The notes below the pieces were generated by a model that saw nothing but the letters and a program-made list of their open reading frames with translations, was not told where the DNA came from and made no database searches. Shown piece after piece: positions 27,120 to 35,263 of a stretch of 49,747 bases of DNA. Position 1 is the first letter of the stretch. The number at the start of each line of letters is the position of its first letter. This stretch comes from Bacteroidales bacterium. GTDB lineage: Bacteria; Bacteroidota; Bacteroidia; Bacteroidales; VadinHA17. A program made the translations under genes and the position numbers. The stretch is taken from positions 1 to 49,747 of the forward strand of contig JADDYF010000013.1 in the NCBI GenBank assembly GCA_015712185.1, in the 5' to 3' direction.

Positions 27120-27347
27120 TCAGCTCTTTTTGTTTAATGTTTCCTTTAGATTCTTCAACTCCTGCAAGATATCATTATAAAAGACACCCGATCTGTAAGC
27201 CATCATTATCAGCTTTACCGATATCAGCAGAATACCGGCCTCTAACAGGAGGTCATGAGTGAATCCTTTGGTAAACAGGGCTATAACAAAGAGGACAAAT
27301 GTTATTGAAATTACTATTATTGATCCTATATCAACATACCTTCTCAT
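27120..27347 (-). CDS. Small hypothetical membrane protein (two predicted TM helices)
   Basis: 75-aa ORF with two hydrophobic helices and a charged C-terminal tail. It does not overlap other genes. No family recognised. Confidence 0.4.
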   Translation of the reverse strand: MRRYVDIGSIIVISITFVLFVIALFTKGFTHDLLLEAGILLISVKLIMMAYRSGVFYNDILQELKNLKETLNKKS

Positions 27348-27525
27348 TTTTTGATAACTATTTAATTAAGTATCAAGAGGTTTAATTGTTTAAGAAGTTA
27401 CAAAAATAATAAATAAAACCAATCTTTATTCAGGCTGTTTCCAGATTTTGAATTGCATCTGACTATCCGGTATGGGAAATAAAAAAAATTTATTTAACTT
27501 TTAACCCGTAACAATCCTGAATCTT

Positions 27526-28908
27526 ATGAATAAGGTAATGAATTCCTGGCTGGTGATTCTTCCTGGTGCGGTTATTGGTTGTCTTCTGACGATCACTGCA
27601 TTCGATTTCAGCAGAACGATACCACAGGAGGATTTGAAAAGCAAATACTCGTACAAGGATTTTGAATCATCAAAAAAGTGTCGTTCATGTCACCCGGGAT
27701 TATATGAGCAATGGTCTCAGGCAATGATGTCGCAGGCCTATACACATCACTGGGATGAAATTGAGTATTTTGATCTTGCCGTTGCACACGCCGCGGCAAA
27801 GCCTGATTTGAAGGATGCCGTTGACGGTTGCAACGGCTGCCATACTCCACTGGCTTATATCGGGGGAAAGCAATTCCCGCCGCCCAGACCCTCGGAGAAG
27901 AGTATGGCCAACGAATCGGTATCATGTGAAGTATGCCATCTGGTACAATCAGCTCAGACAGATCCGCCATTTAATTATAGCTACCTGATAAAACCCGGGA
28001 TGACAAAATATGCAGGCCGCACCCCGGCGATTGAATCGCCTGCACATAAAATTGTCACCAGCGAATTCTTTCGTACGACCGAATTCTGCGGTAACTGTCA
28101 TAATGAAAAAAATCCGTTCGGCGTGTGGGTTAAGAGCACGCAGCTTGAATGGAAGGAGGGTCCCTATTCAAAGGAAGGAGTCAGGTGCCAGGATTGCCAT
28201 ATGCCCAAAGGAGGGCCATACCTCAACGCTCTGATGACGAAACCATATAATGATGCAAGACTACATTTGTTCCACGGGGCTCATGATCCGGGAAAGGTAA
28301 GGGGGACAATAGAGTTGAGAATAGAACCCGACATACGCGAAGCTGAACCCGGGGAGACAATAGTATTTACTGTTGCACTTTTCAACCAGAAGACAGGACA
28401 CAAGTTTCCGACCGGTTCGGTTGAGGACCGGATTGCATGGCTTCAGGTGGAAGCAACAGATGCAAAGGGCAATATATTTCATCTGAATGTGGATAAAAAG
28501 GGATTTGAAGGGGAAGAGTATACAATTTCAGGCGATTACCTGGCCTACCAGGATCTGGGAGTTCCGCTCAGGCAGGCCGATTTCAGGGGTGTTCAGCGCG
28601 ACGGAATACCTCCCGGCAACAGGATCTTCAGAATGCCATATTTTGATCCTGAAGGAAGGATGACAATTATGCAATGGAACACTGCCAGCCTGGGTACCGA
28701 TTACAGGATAGGGCCCAGGGAGGCAAAAGTGGAAAAGTTCACTTTCAGGCTGCCATTCAGTACAGCTCCCGGTCAGATGAAAGTGAGGGCAATCCTGAAT
28801 TACCAGCTGCTTGTGAAACCTGTAGCCGACCTGTTAAAAGTGCCGGAAGATGAATCGGAAATAATGGTAGTAAATGAACATAGCACCTCTGTTACAATTT
28901 TGCCGTGA
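27526..28908 (+). CDS. Membrane-anchored pentaheme c-type cytochrome with a heme-free C-terminal domain
   Basis: One N-terminal hydrophobic helix. Five CXXCH motifs: CRSCH 27679-27693, CNGCH 27829-27843, CEVCH 27925-27939, CGNCH 28087-28101, CQDCH 28186-28200. No heme motif after residue 225. Confidence 0.85.
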   Translation: MNKVMNSWLVILPGAVIGCLLTITAFDFSRTIPQEDLKSKYSYKDFESSKKCRSCHPGLYEQWSQAMMSQAYTHHWDEIEYFDLAVAHAAAKPDLKDAVDGCNGCHTPLAYIGGKQFPPPRPSEKSMANESVSCEVCHLVQSAQTDPPFNYSYLIKPGMTKYAGRTPAIESPAHKIVTSEFFRTTEFCGNCHNEKNPFGVWVKSTQLEWKEGPYSKEGVRCQDCHMPKGGPYLNALMTKPYNDARLHLFHGAHDPGKVRGTIELRIEPDIREAEPGETIVFTVALFNQKTGHKFPTGSVEDRIAWLQVEATDAKGNIFHLNVDKKGFEGEEYTISGDYLAYQDLGVPLRQADFRGVQRDGIPPGNRIFRMPYFDPEGRMTIMQWNTASLGTDYRIGPREAKVEKFTFRLPFSTAPGQMKVRAILNYQLLVKPVADLLKVPEDESEIMVVNEHSTSVTILP

Positions 28909-28939
28909 CTGAAAATGCAAATACAATAAAACATCAACT

Positions 28940-30145
28940 ATGAAAAAATATCTCTTTGTAAAAATTACCGCCGCCGTTGTATTTCTTCTGATAATTTCAG
29001 CCGGAGAGGTCTTTTCCATCCCTGCCTTTGCACGCAAATACCAGATAAGCTGCCAGGTGTGCCACTCACCTGCCATGCCAAGGCTAAAGGCATTTGGAGA
29101 GGACTTTGCTGGCAACGGCTTCAGGATGACGGAATATGAATCGCCAAGATATTTCATCCCTACCGGCGATGACCGGCTTTCCCTGTTCAGGGAATTGCCG
29201 GTGGCGTTGAGGATGGATGGGTTTGTTTCTTATAATTTCAACAACCAGAACTCCGCAGATTTCGGTTCCCCCTTTGTGCTGAAAATATTGTCGGGGGGCG
29301 AGATATCTGACAAAATCTCATATTATTTCTATTTCCTTTTCAATGAAAGAGGAACGATTGCAGGAATAGAGGATGCATTCGTTATGTATCACGATTTCCT
29401 GGGTTCAGGGATCAATTTCTATATTGGTCAGTTCCAGGTTTCTGACCCGCTTTTTAAAGGAGAACTGAGATATACTCTTGAACCATATAAAATATACAGC
29501 GCTGCACCGGGCAACTCCACAGCGGATCTGAAATATGACAGAGGCCTTATTATCGAAAAGGATTTCAGGACCGGAACCACCCTGGTTGGAGAAATTGTGA
29601 ACGGAGCCGGCATAGGTGAAGCTGATGAAAACTACCTGTTCGACAAGGACAAGCATAAAAACTTCATGCTGAGGATAAATCAATCACTGGGAAAGGGCGT
29701 CACCATCGGCTTCTTTGGTTATACCGGGAAGGAGGAGCTTAGTGATCCGGGCATGATTTTTCCCACTTTTACAAATGAAATAAGGATGTACGGACCAGAC
29801 CTTACTCTTAACCTTGATGACAGGCTGGTGCTGAATTTACAGTTTGTCCGGCGGACCGACCTGGGGGTATTCCCTGTTACCGGTGGTATGCCGATTAATG
29901 ATATTATCACACACGGAGGATTTGCAGAGCTAATTTATTCCCCGAAGGGTGATATGAGTAAATGGTATCTGACAGGATTGATGAACCTGGTAGAATCGGA
30001 TTTTGATGAACTCGATTACAGGTCCGCAACTCTGCATGCAGGATATTTATTAAGACGTAATCTGAGGTTTGTAGCGGAATATACTCAACAGTTCCGTAAT
30101 TCCGCTTACGGAAGGGTGAATACCGGGTTTATTACGGCGTTCTGA
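28940..30145 (+). CDS. Outer-membrane beta-barrel protein with an N-terminal monoheme cytochrome c motif (Cyc2-like fused cytochrome-porin)
   Basis: Signal peptide (…LLIISAGEVFS). A single CXXCH (CQVCH, nt 29051-29065) sits within PAFARKYQISCQVCH...PRLKAFGEDF. About 350 aa of amphipathic beta-strand-like sequence follow, ending in a terminal Phe (GFITAF). The gene starts 31 nt after the pentaheme gene. Confidence 0.7.
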   Translation: MKKYLFVKITAAVVFLLIISAGEVFSIPAFARKYQISCQVCHSPAMPRLKAFGEDFAGNGFRMTEYESPRYFIPTGDDRLSLFRELPVALRMDGFVSYNFNNQNSADFGSPFVLKILSGGEISDKISYYFYFLFNERGTIAGIEDAFVMYHDFLGSGINFYIGQFQVSDPLFKGELRYTLEPYKIYSAAPGNSTADLKYDRGLIIEKDFRTGTTLVGEIVNGAGIGEADENYLFDKDKHKNFMLRINQSLGKGVTIGFFGYTGKEELSDPGMIFPTFTNEIRMYGPDLTLNLDDRLVLNLQFVRRTDLGVFPVTGGMPINDIITHGGFAELIYSPKGDMSKWYLTGLMNLVESDFDELDYRSATLHAGYLLRRNLRFVAEYTQQFRNSAYGRVNTGFITAF

Positions 30146-30162
30146 ATCATTTCAGACTGCCG

Positions 30163-31782
30163 TCAGAGTTTAATCAGCCCGGCCTCATCAATCTTCCTGT
30201 CAGGCACTGTACCGCACTGTACCGTCCTGAAATCAGTTACATTTTTAAGGATAAATGAAGGGACACCCCCGGCATGAGGAGCTTTTACATTAGTAAATGT
30301 GGCACCCTTAACATCTTCAAGTATGAATGGAGGCCTGAAATCTTCATTCTCAAGCTTCATTTCAATATCCGACATTTCAATATTCCTTACATGCCTTATG
30401 AAAAAACCGTAGGCAGGGATCTTTCCGAACTCCTGAGGATCGGGATATGAATTTTCTTTTTCAGGTACTGCAATTTCAGCCTGCTCCTTTGGAGCTCCGC
30501 CTTTTATAACCAGCAAAATATTGTTAAGTTTTACATCCTCGATATCATATCCGGGAATGCCGAATATAAGTGAGGCATAATCGGGATTGGCGCTGTAAAC
30601 GACTATGTTGCTGATATTGACTCTTCTCATTTTACCGACCGGAGTTCCTTCAGGACCGCGCATACGGGCGCCGAGCCTCAGAAAGAAAGGAGCTCCCATC
30701 ACATCACGCATTGTAACATTTGTTACATTTACGTCTTCCAGTATCCCCCCATCGACAGTCTCGAGAGCAAGGCCGCGGCAAAATTCGAATGTACAGTTTG
30801 TGATGGTGATATTCCTGAATCCGCCGTTTGATTCCGTGCCGAATTTTATTCTTCCTGTTACAACGCCGCGGTCGGGGACACGGTCATAATTCTTACGCTG
30901 GTAGGTGCCATCGAGGAAGGTGCCGATATCAAAACCGCTAACCGAACAGTTGGTTATGGTGACATCCTCGGTTACCCTGGCAAAGCCGAGGCCGAATGAG
31001 CTTTTAAGTACGATCGCATCATCAAAGGGAGAGTTGACGCTGCAGTTTGACATCCTCACATGCCGGCAGCAGTCAATATCAAATCCGTCACGGTTTGTGT
31101 CGATCTTCACATTATCAATTGTCATATTGTCGACACCGGTCGCCAGGAGGCAGAAATGGCCCCCTCTTAAGATAGTAATATCCTTGAGTATCACATTGCG
31201 GCAAAGCTTAAGTGCTATTGCTTTATTTCCAAGACCCGGAGTTGTCCTGCCCGACCTTGTCAGCCCGTTCCCGACTATCCATCCGTGCCCGGTAATTGCA
31301 ATGTTTTCAAGGTTTTCACCCCATATGAGGCTGTTATGCCAGTGGCTGTGGCCAAAATCCTGGTACATATCAAAGGCATTGGGTTCAGGTGGATCATACC
31401 TGCCCTGGCCTGTTTCGGGGTTTGCCCCAATAAGAAATGCTCCGTTGTCGAGATATAAGGTTATATTGCTTTTAAGGTGTATCGAGAAACTCAGGTAGTC
31501 ACCTGCCGGAAAATAAACTGTTCCGCCACCGGCGGCAGAGGCAGCATCTATTGCTTTGTTGATTGCATCAGTCTCGATGGTGGCGCTGTCACCCTTTGCC
31601 CCGTATTGCCTTATATCATAGAAAGTAAACTGATCCTTCAGCAACGGCAATTCATGCTTCTGAACGGGAAAGGCCGCCGGAGCCTCTTCCCTCACAGGTC
31701 TGCTTCGCCTCTGGCTCAATAGTGAGGAGGAGACGGAACCGAAAATCATAAACAGGATTAATGGCTTAATTAATTTTTTCAT
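30163..31782 (-). CDS. GH28-family polygalacturonase/rhamnogalacturonase-like enzyme (right-handed beta-helix)
   Basis: Signal peptide from MKKLIKPLILFMIF. Pectate-lyase-3-type N-terminus (YGAKGDSATIETDAINKAIDAASAAGGGTVYFPAGDY). GH28 catalytic motifs NRDGFDI, DDAIVLKS and RIKFG. The ORF's 8 upstream codons are discarded. Confidence 0.85.
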   Translation of the reverse strand: MKKLIKPLILFMIFGSVSSSLLSQRRSRPVREEAPAAFPVQKHELPLLKDQFTFYDIRQYGAKGDSATIETDAINKAIDAASAAGGGTVYFPAGDYLSFSIHLKSNITLYLDNGAFLIGANPETGQGRYDPPEPNAFDMYQDFGHSHWHNSLIWGENLENIAITGHGWIVGNGLTRSGRTTPGLGNKAIALKLCRNVILKDITILRGGHFCLLATGVDNMTIDNVKIDTNRDGFDIDCCRHVRMSNCSVNSPFDDAIVLKSSFGLGFARVTEDVTITNCSVSGFDIGTFLDGTYQRKNYDRVPDRGVVTGRIKFGTESNGGFRNITITNCTFEFCRGLALETVDGGILEDVNVTNVTMRDVMGAPFFLRLGARMRGPEGTPVGKMRRVNISNIVVYSANPDYASLIFGIPGYDIEDVKLNNILLVIKGGAPKEQAEIAVPEKENSYPDPQEFGKIPAYGFFIRHVRNIEMSDIEMKLENEDFRPPFILEDVKGATFTNVKAPHAGGVPSFILKNVTDFRTVQCGTVPDRKIDEAGLIKL

Positions 31783-31847
31783 TTCAACAACAGGTAAAAT
31801 TTGCATTAAAGCGATTCCAAGGTAGAAAAAAAAGAAAAGAGTGACAA

Positions 31848-33080
31848 TTATTCCGGAGCTTTAACTTCAGCCGATCTTCCCTCTTTCATGAAGACATACC
31901 AGAGCCAGAATGAAGAAATGATATATGAGACATTAAGCGAAATGCATGCTCCTGTCAGCTGGAGTTTTTTGATCAGGAGAGGCAGCAGGATGAGAGTTGC
32001 GGCAAGTCCGGCGAGGGATTTATTCCTTAATACCTTCAGGTTCCCGGTTCCGGCAAAATAGTGTCCGTACAGGTTTGAGACCGATATGGCAAGGATACCG
32101 GGCATCAGATAGATTATTAGTAATTTTACCGAACCGAACTCCTCCCCGAAAATGAACTGGTATCCTGTCCGCGGTATTAAAACGGCAACTGCAAGCGCCG
32201 TGAGACTTATCAAAAAACTCTGTCTGGCAAAGGCAACTGTTTCCTGCCTCGATTTCAGATGATCGTCGGAGTTCACCACGTTCGAAAAATGAACTGCAGA
32301 CATGCTCCTGCTAATTATCCACACAGCCTCGGAAACTGCAACAACTATTGAAAAGACTCCAAGCTTATCCAGGCCAAGCATGCCTGCAATGAAATAATAC
32401 GAAAGGCGGTAATTCAGGAACTGGATCAGATAATTGAATTCGTTATTAACTCCGTAATGTAATATGCTTTTAATACCGGAAAAGCCTGTTTCGGGTACCT
32501 TGAAGAGCTCATTCCTGGTCAGTCCGGCAACAGCAATAATCAGAACCACGGATAAACCCGTATAATATGAAAGCCAGATTATATTGAGGGTAGTTTTATT
32601 TAAAATGAAATAAAAGATTGCCAGGGCAGCAAGTATAAATATGGGACTCAGCAGGCTCAGCAGGTTATAGTTCGTGATATTTTTTATTCCCAGCCAGTAT
32701 GATGAAACAGCTGATATTAATGACAATAATAATGTGATGAGGAAAAGGGGCAGGAAATTTTCCCATCCGAAGACGGCCGCAAATATTATTCCTCCTGCAA
32801 GTGATACAATTATTGCACCTGAGAGTGAAATGGCCAGAAGAAGGTTCCGTTCAATTACAGGAGCATGGTATGCGACTGTGCTCCCGCAAAATATATTGCT
32901 GAAGATCAGGATTATCGAGATATTTGCAATTACCAGAGCTATTTCGCCTCTTCCCCCGCTTCCCCATAATTGTGTGGTAAACACTACCAGCCCGAAGTTT
33001 GCCAGCAGCATTATGAATTTCGTAATGATCGTCAGAGTTGTGTTCCTTGATAACATTTTGTACTGATCAAAGTGCTTCAA
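31848..33080 (-). CDS. Wzx/MOP-superfamily flippase-like polytopic membrane protein
   Basis: 410 aa, hydrophobic almost throughout, with a flippase-type N-terminus (RNTTLTIITKFIMLLANFGLVVFTTQLWGSGGRGE). Overlaps the upstream glycosyltransferase gene by 14 nt. Confidence 0.65.
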   Translation of the reverse strand: MKHFDQYKMLSRNTTLTIITKFIMLLANFGLVVFTTQLWGSGGRGEIALVIANISIILIFSNIFCGSTVAYHAPVIERNLLLAISLSGAIIVSLAGGIIFAAVFGWENFLPLFLITLLLSLISAVSSYWLGIKNITNYNLLSLLSPIFILAALAIFYFILNKTTLNIIWLSYYTGLSVVLIIAVAGLTRNELFKVPETGFSGIKSILHYGVNNEFNYLIQFLNYRLSYYFIAGMLGLDKLGVFSIVVAVSEAVWIISRSMSAVHFSNVVNSDDHLKSRQETVAFARQSFLISLTALAVAVLIPRTGYQFIFGEEFGSVKLLIIYLMPGILAISVSNLYGHYFAGTGNLKVLRNKSLAGLAATLILLPLLIKKLQLTGACISLNVSYIISSFWLWYVFMKEGRSAEVKAPE

Positions 33081-34197
33081 CGAATGCTAAAAAATCCTTA
33101 CTGATTATTTCCCAGTTATAGTGTTCTTCAGTCATCCTGCGGGCATTCCTGCAATGGGTATAATAATGCTGTCTGTTCAGCAGATACTCTGAGATTATTT
33201 CGGCTATCCGGCCGGGCTCATCCGGCTTGACGAGAAACCCGAAATCTTCGGTCCTGACTTCGCGGCGTATGGCTTTCAGGTCGGAGAATATAACAGGCCT
33301 TCCAAGCGCAGCATAGTAAAAAAGCCTGATAGGGAGGCTTCGGCGGTTTTCCCAGGTAACCGGGCGCAGATCAAGGAAGATATCAGTATCGCTTATTAAT
33401 TCAATGTACTCAGCAAATGGCTGTCTGTCATAAAAAGATATATCCGTATGATCCTTCAGTGACATAAACGCTCCTTCACAATCCTTTCTGTCATGTTTAT
33501 TTTCAAACCAGCCGATTATTTTGACAACGATCTTAAGATCCCTGTGCCTGCCGGCCAGTACTTTGATAACATCGGCGAAATTGCCAAATCCCTTATCAAG
33601 GCTTATTCTGCCTGAATAGCATAATCTCAGCCTGCCATCCGGCAGTGAGGGTTCGGTACAGGTAATATATTTCAGATCGGGATAATATGTTGTAAAAGCA
33701 TGAGGTTTCTTTGGAAACAAAAGGCTGTAAGGTCTGCTTTTATACCATTCCCCGAAAATAAAAGCATCAGCCTGACCTGCAGCAAAGATATTGAACAGAA
33801 GAAGCTTCAGGAAAACAAAAGGCCTGAGCACATGGTTATGTGGCGCAAGATTCTTTACAGAAGGGTACCATTCAGTAACATCATATATTATTATTGTCTT
33901 CCCTGAAACCGCTTTTGAATACTTTTTTGCGGCGATTACTGCAAGAGGTTCCGGGCATATTATCATGCCGGTACGGGAACTCATCAGACATTTCACGAAC
34001 CGGTCTATTTTTTCTCTTTTGCCAAGTTCATCACCAGCGAAACAGTTCAACTTGATTCTCCGGGTATCATCCCTGAGCTCTGCCTTACTGCTGATTATTT
34101 CGACGTAATGCCCCGCTTCTGATAATGTTTCGGCAAGATGGTAATATATTCTGTCATCTAAAGGGTAATGTCCGGATGAGAGAAATGAAATTTTCAT
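33067..34197 (-). CDS. GT-B fold glycosyltransferase (GT4/GT1-like)
   Basis: 376 aa. N-terminus MKISFLSSGHYPLDDRIYYHLAETLSEAGHYVEII. C-terminal half has a degenerate donor-binding region (SLPIRLFYYAALGRPVIFSD). Confidence 0.7.
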   Translation of the reverse strand: MKISFLSSGHYPLDDRIYYHLAETLSEAGHYVEIISSKAELRDDTRRIKLNCFAGDELGKREKIDRFVKCLMSSRTGMIICPEPLAVIAAKKYSKAVSGKTIIIYDVTEWYPSVKNLAPHNHVLRPFVFLKLLLFNIFAAGQADAFIFGEWYKSRPYSLLFPKKPHAFTTYYPDLKYITCTEPSLPDGRLRLCYSGRISLDKGFGNFADVIKVLAGRHRDLKIVVKIIGWFENKHDRKDCEGAFMSLKDHTDISFYDRQPFAEYIELISDTDIFLDLRPVTWENRRSLPIRLFYYAALGRPVIFSDLKAIRREVRTEDFGFLVKPDEPGRIAEIISEYLLNRQHYYTHCRNARRMTEEHYNWEIISKDFLAFVEAL

Positions 34198-34294
34198 CGG
34201 GCAGCCGGCTTCTTAAGTAAAAGGTCAAGAACCGTTTCGTCACCTTCAGAATAATACAGGGATCGCGCATCAGTTTTGACTCCGGAAGGCATGG

Positions 34295-35230
34295 TTAATC
34301 AGATGGAAAATTCATTATAGTATCGTAAACTCTCTTTCTGGTTTCTTCAGGTGACGGATTAAGCTCTTCGGCAGAGAAATTTCCTTTAACGACATCAATC
34401 CTTTCATATACCATAAGGTAGAGTTCAAATATTATGTCGAGACTCAGCTGGTATCGGGGTGTCATCAATGGACGGATCTTTTTTATTACTTCGAATGTTT
34501 TGATCCGGTATTCATCCGCTATGGTAAGATACTCCTCAACCAGGTTGCGGAAGTTGCTGCCGGCAGGATGGCCATATGCAATCTCCCTCAGATCGTGTTT
34601 GCTAAGGCTATATTTTTTCGTCAGGTCCTCAGCAAAGTAATTCAGGTTTGCCAGCTGGTCCTTCTGGAAGTCGCGGATAATATGGACAAGATAACTGAAT
34701 ATGGCACAGGGTGTTGCTGATTCCCTTACGTCAAAAACAGGTTCCGAATAATTTCCATTCTGCTCTGTGAGTCCGGCGAGATGAACAAATATTGATGCAG
34801 GAGCCACTGAAGCCCCCTGTGCGTAATCGAAGAAATCTTTAAGTGAAGCGAATCCATCATTGTTGATATCGTATATCATTGAGCGGGCGAAGGATTCGAG
34901 CGGCCAGTGAGGGATTCTGAATCTTTCCATGATCCCTGTAAGCTCTTTCTGATCAGGAGGACAATCTTCCGCAACTTGAATCATTTTAAGCCAGTTGTTG
35001 ACATTTACCTCGAACTGCATTCTCTCTTCCGGGACAATTCTTCTGTTTACGGCTTTATGATTATCGATAAGATCATCAATGGCTCTCATGAATTTATAAA
35101 ACGATTTTGCTGCACAATACCTGTCGGGATCGAAGAAAGAAGCCGCTATAAGGATATTCGGATGATCAGTTATCTTATTAAAATCGAGTGAATTGAATAT
35201 TTGAAGAAATTTCTCTTTTTGATGGTCCAT
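34295..35230 (-). CDS. crtB: Phytoene/dehydrosqualene synthase-family prenyl head-to-head condensing enzyme
   Basis: Squalene/phytoene-synthase fold with Asp-rich segments (FMRAIDDLID; second region IIRDFQKD). Lies directly downstream of the desaturase gene. CrtB and CrtM cannot be told apart by eye. Confidence 0.75.
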   Translation of the reverse strand: MDHQKEKFLQIFNSLDFNKITDHPNILIAASFFDPDRYCAAKSFYKFMRAIDDLIDNHKAVNRRIVPEERMQFEVNVNNWLKMIQVAEDCPPDQKELTGIMERFRIPHWPLESFARSMIYDINNDGFASLKDFFDYAQGASVAPASIFVHLAGLTEQNGNYSEPVFDVRESATPCAIFSYLVHIIRDFQKDQLANLNYFAEDLTKKYSLSKHDLREIAYGHPAGSNFRNLVEEYLTIADEYRIKTFEVIKKIRPLMTPRYQLSLDIIFELYLMVYERIDVVKGNFSAEELNPSPEETRKRVYDTIMNFPSD

Positions 35231-35263
35231 TAAATTTTCGTTGTTAGTCGATTTATTATGTTA

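Noticed and set aside
27526-28908. The pentaheme cytochrome as NrfA nitrite reductase or as ActA of alternative complex III
   Set aside because: NrfA has its first (CXXCK or CXXCH) heme motif after residue 100 or so, a helical C-terminal region and an adjacent nrfH or nrfBCD. Here the hemes span residues 52-225, a beta-rich heme-free domain follows, and the neighbour is an outer-membrane barrel. ActA is also an anchored pentaheme, but it is only about 220-250 aa and is always followed by actBCDEF, which are absent.
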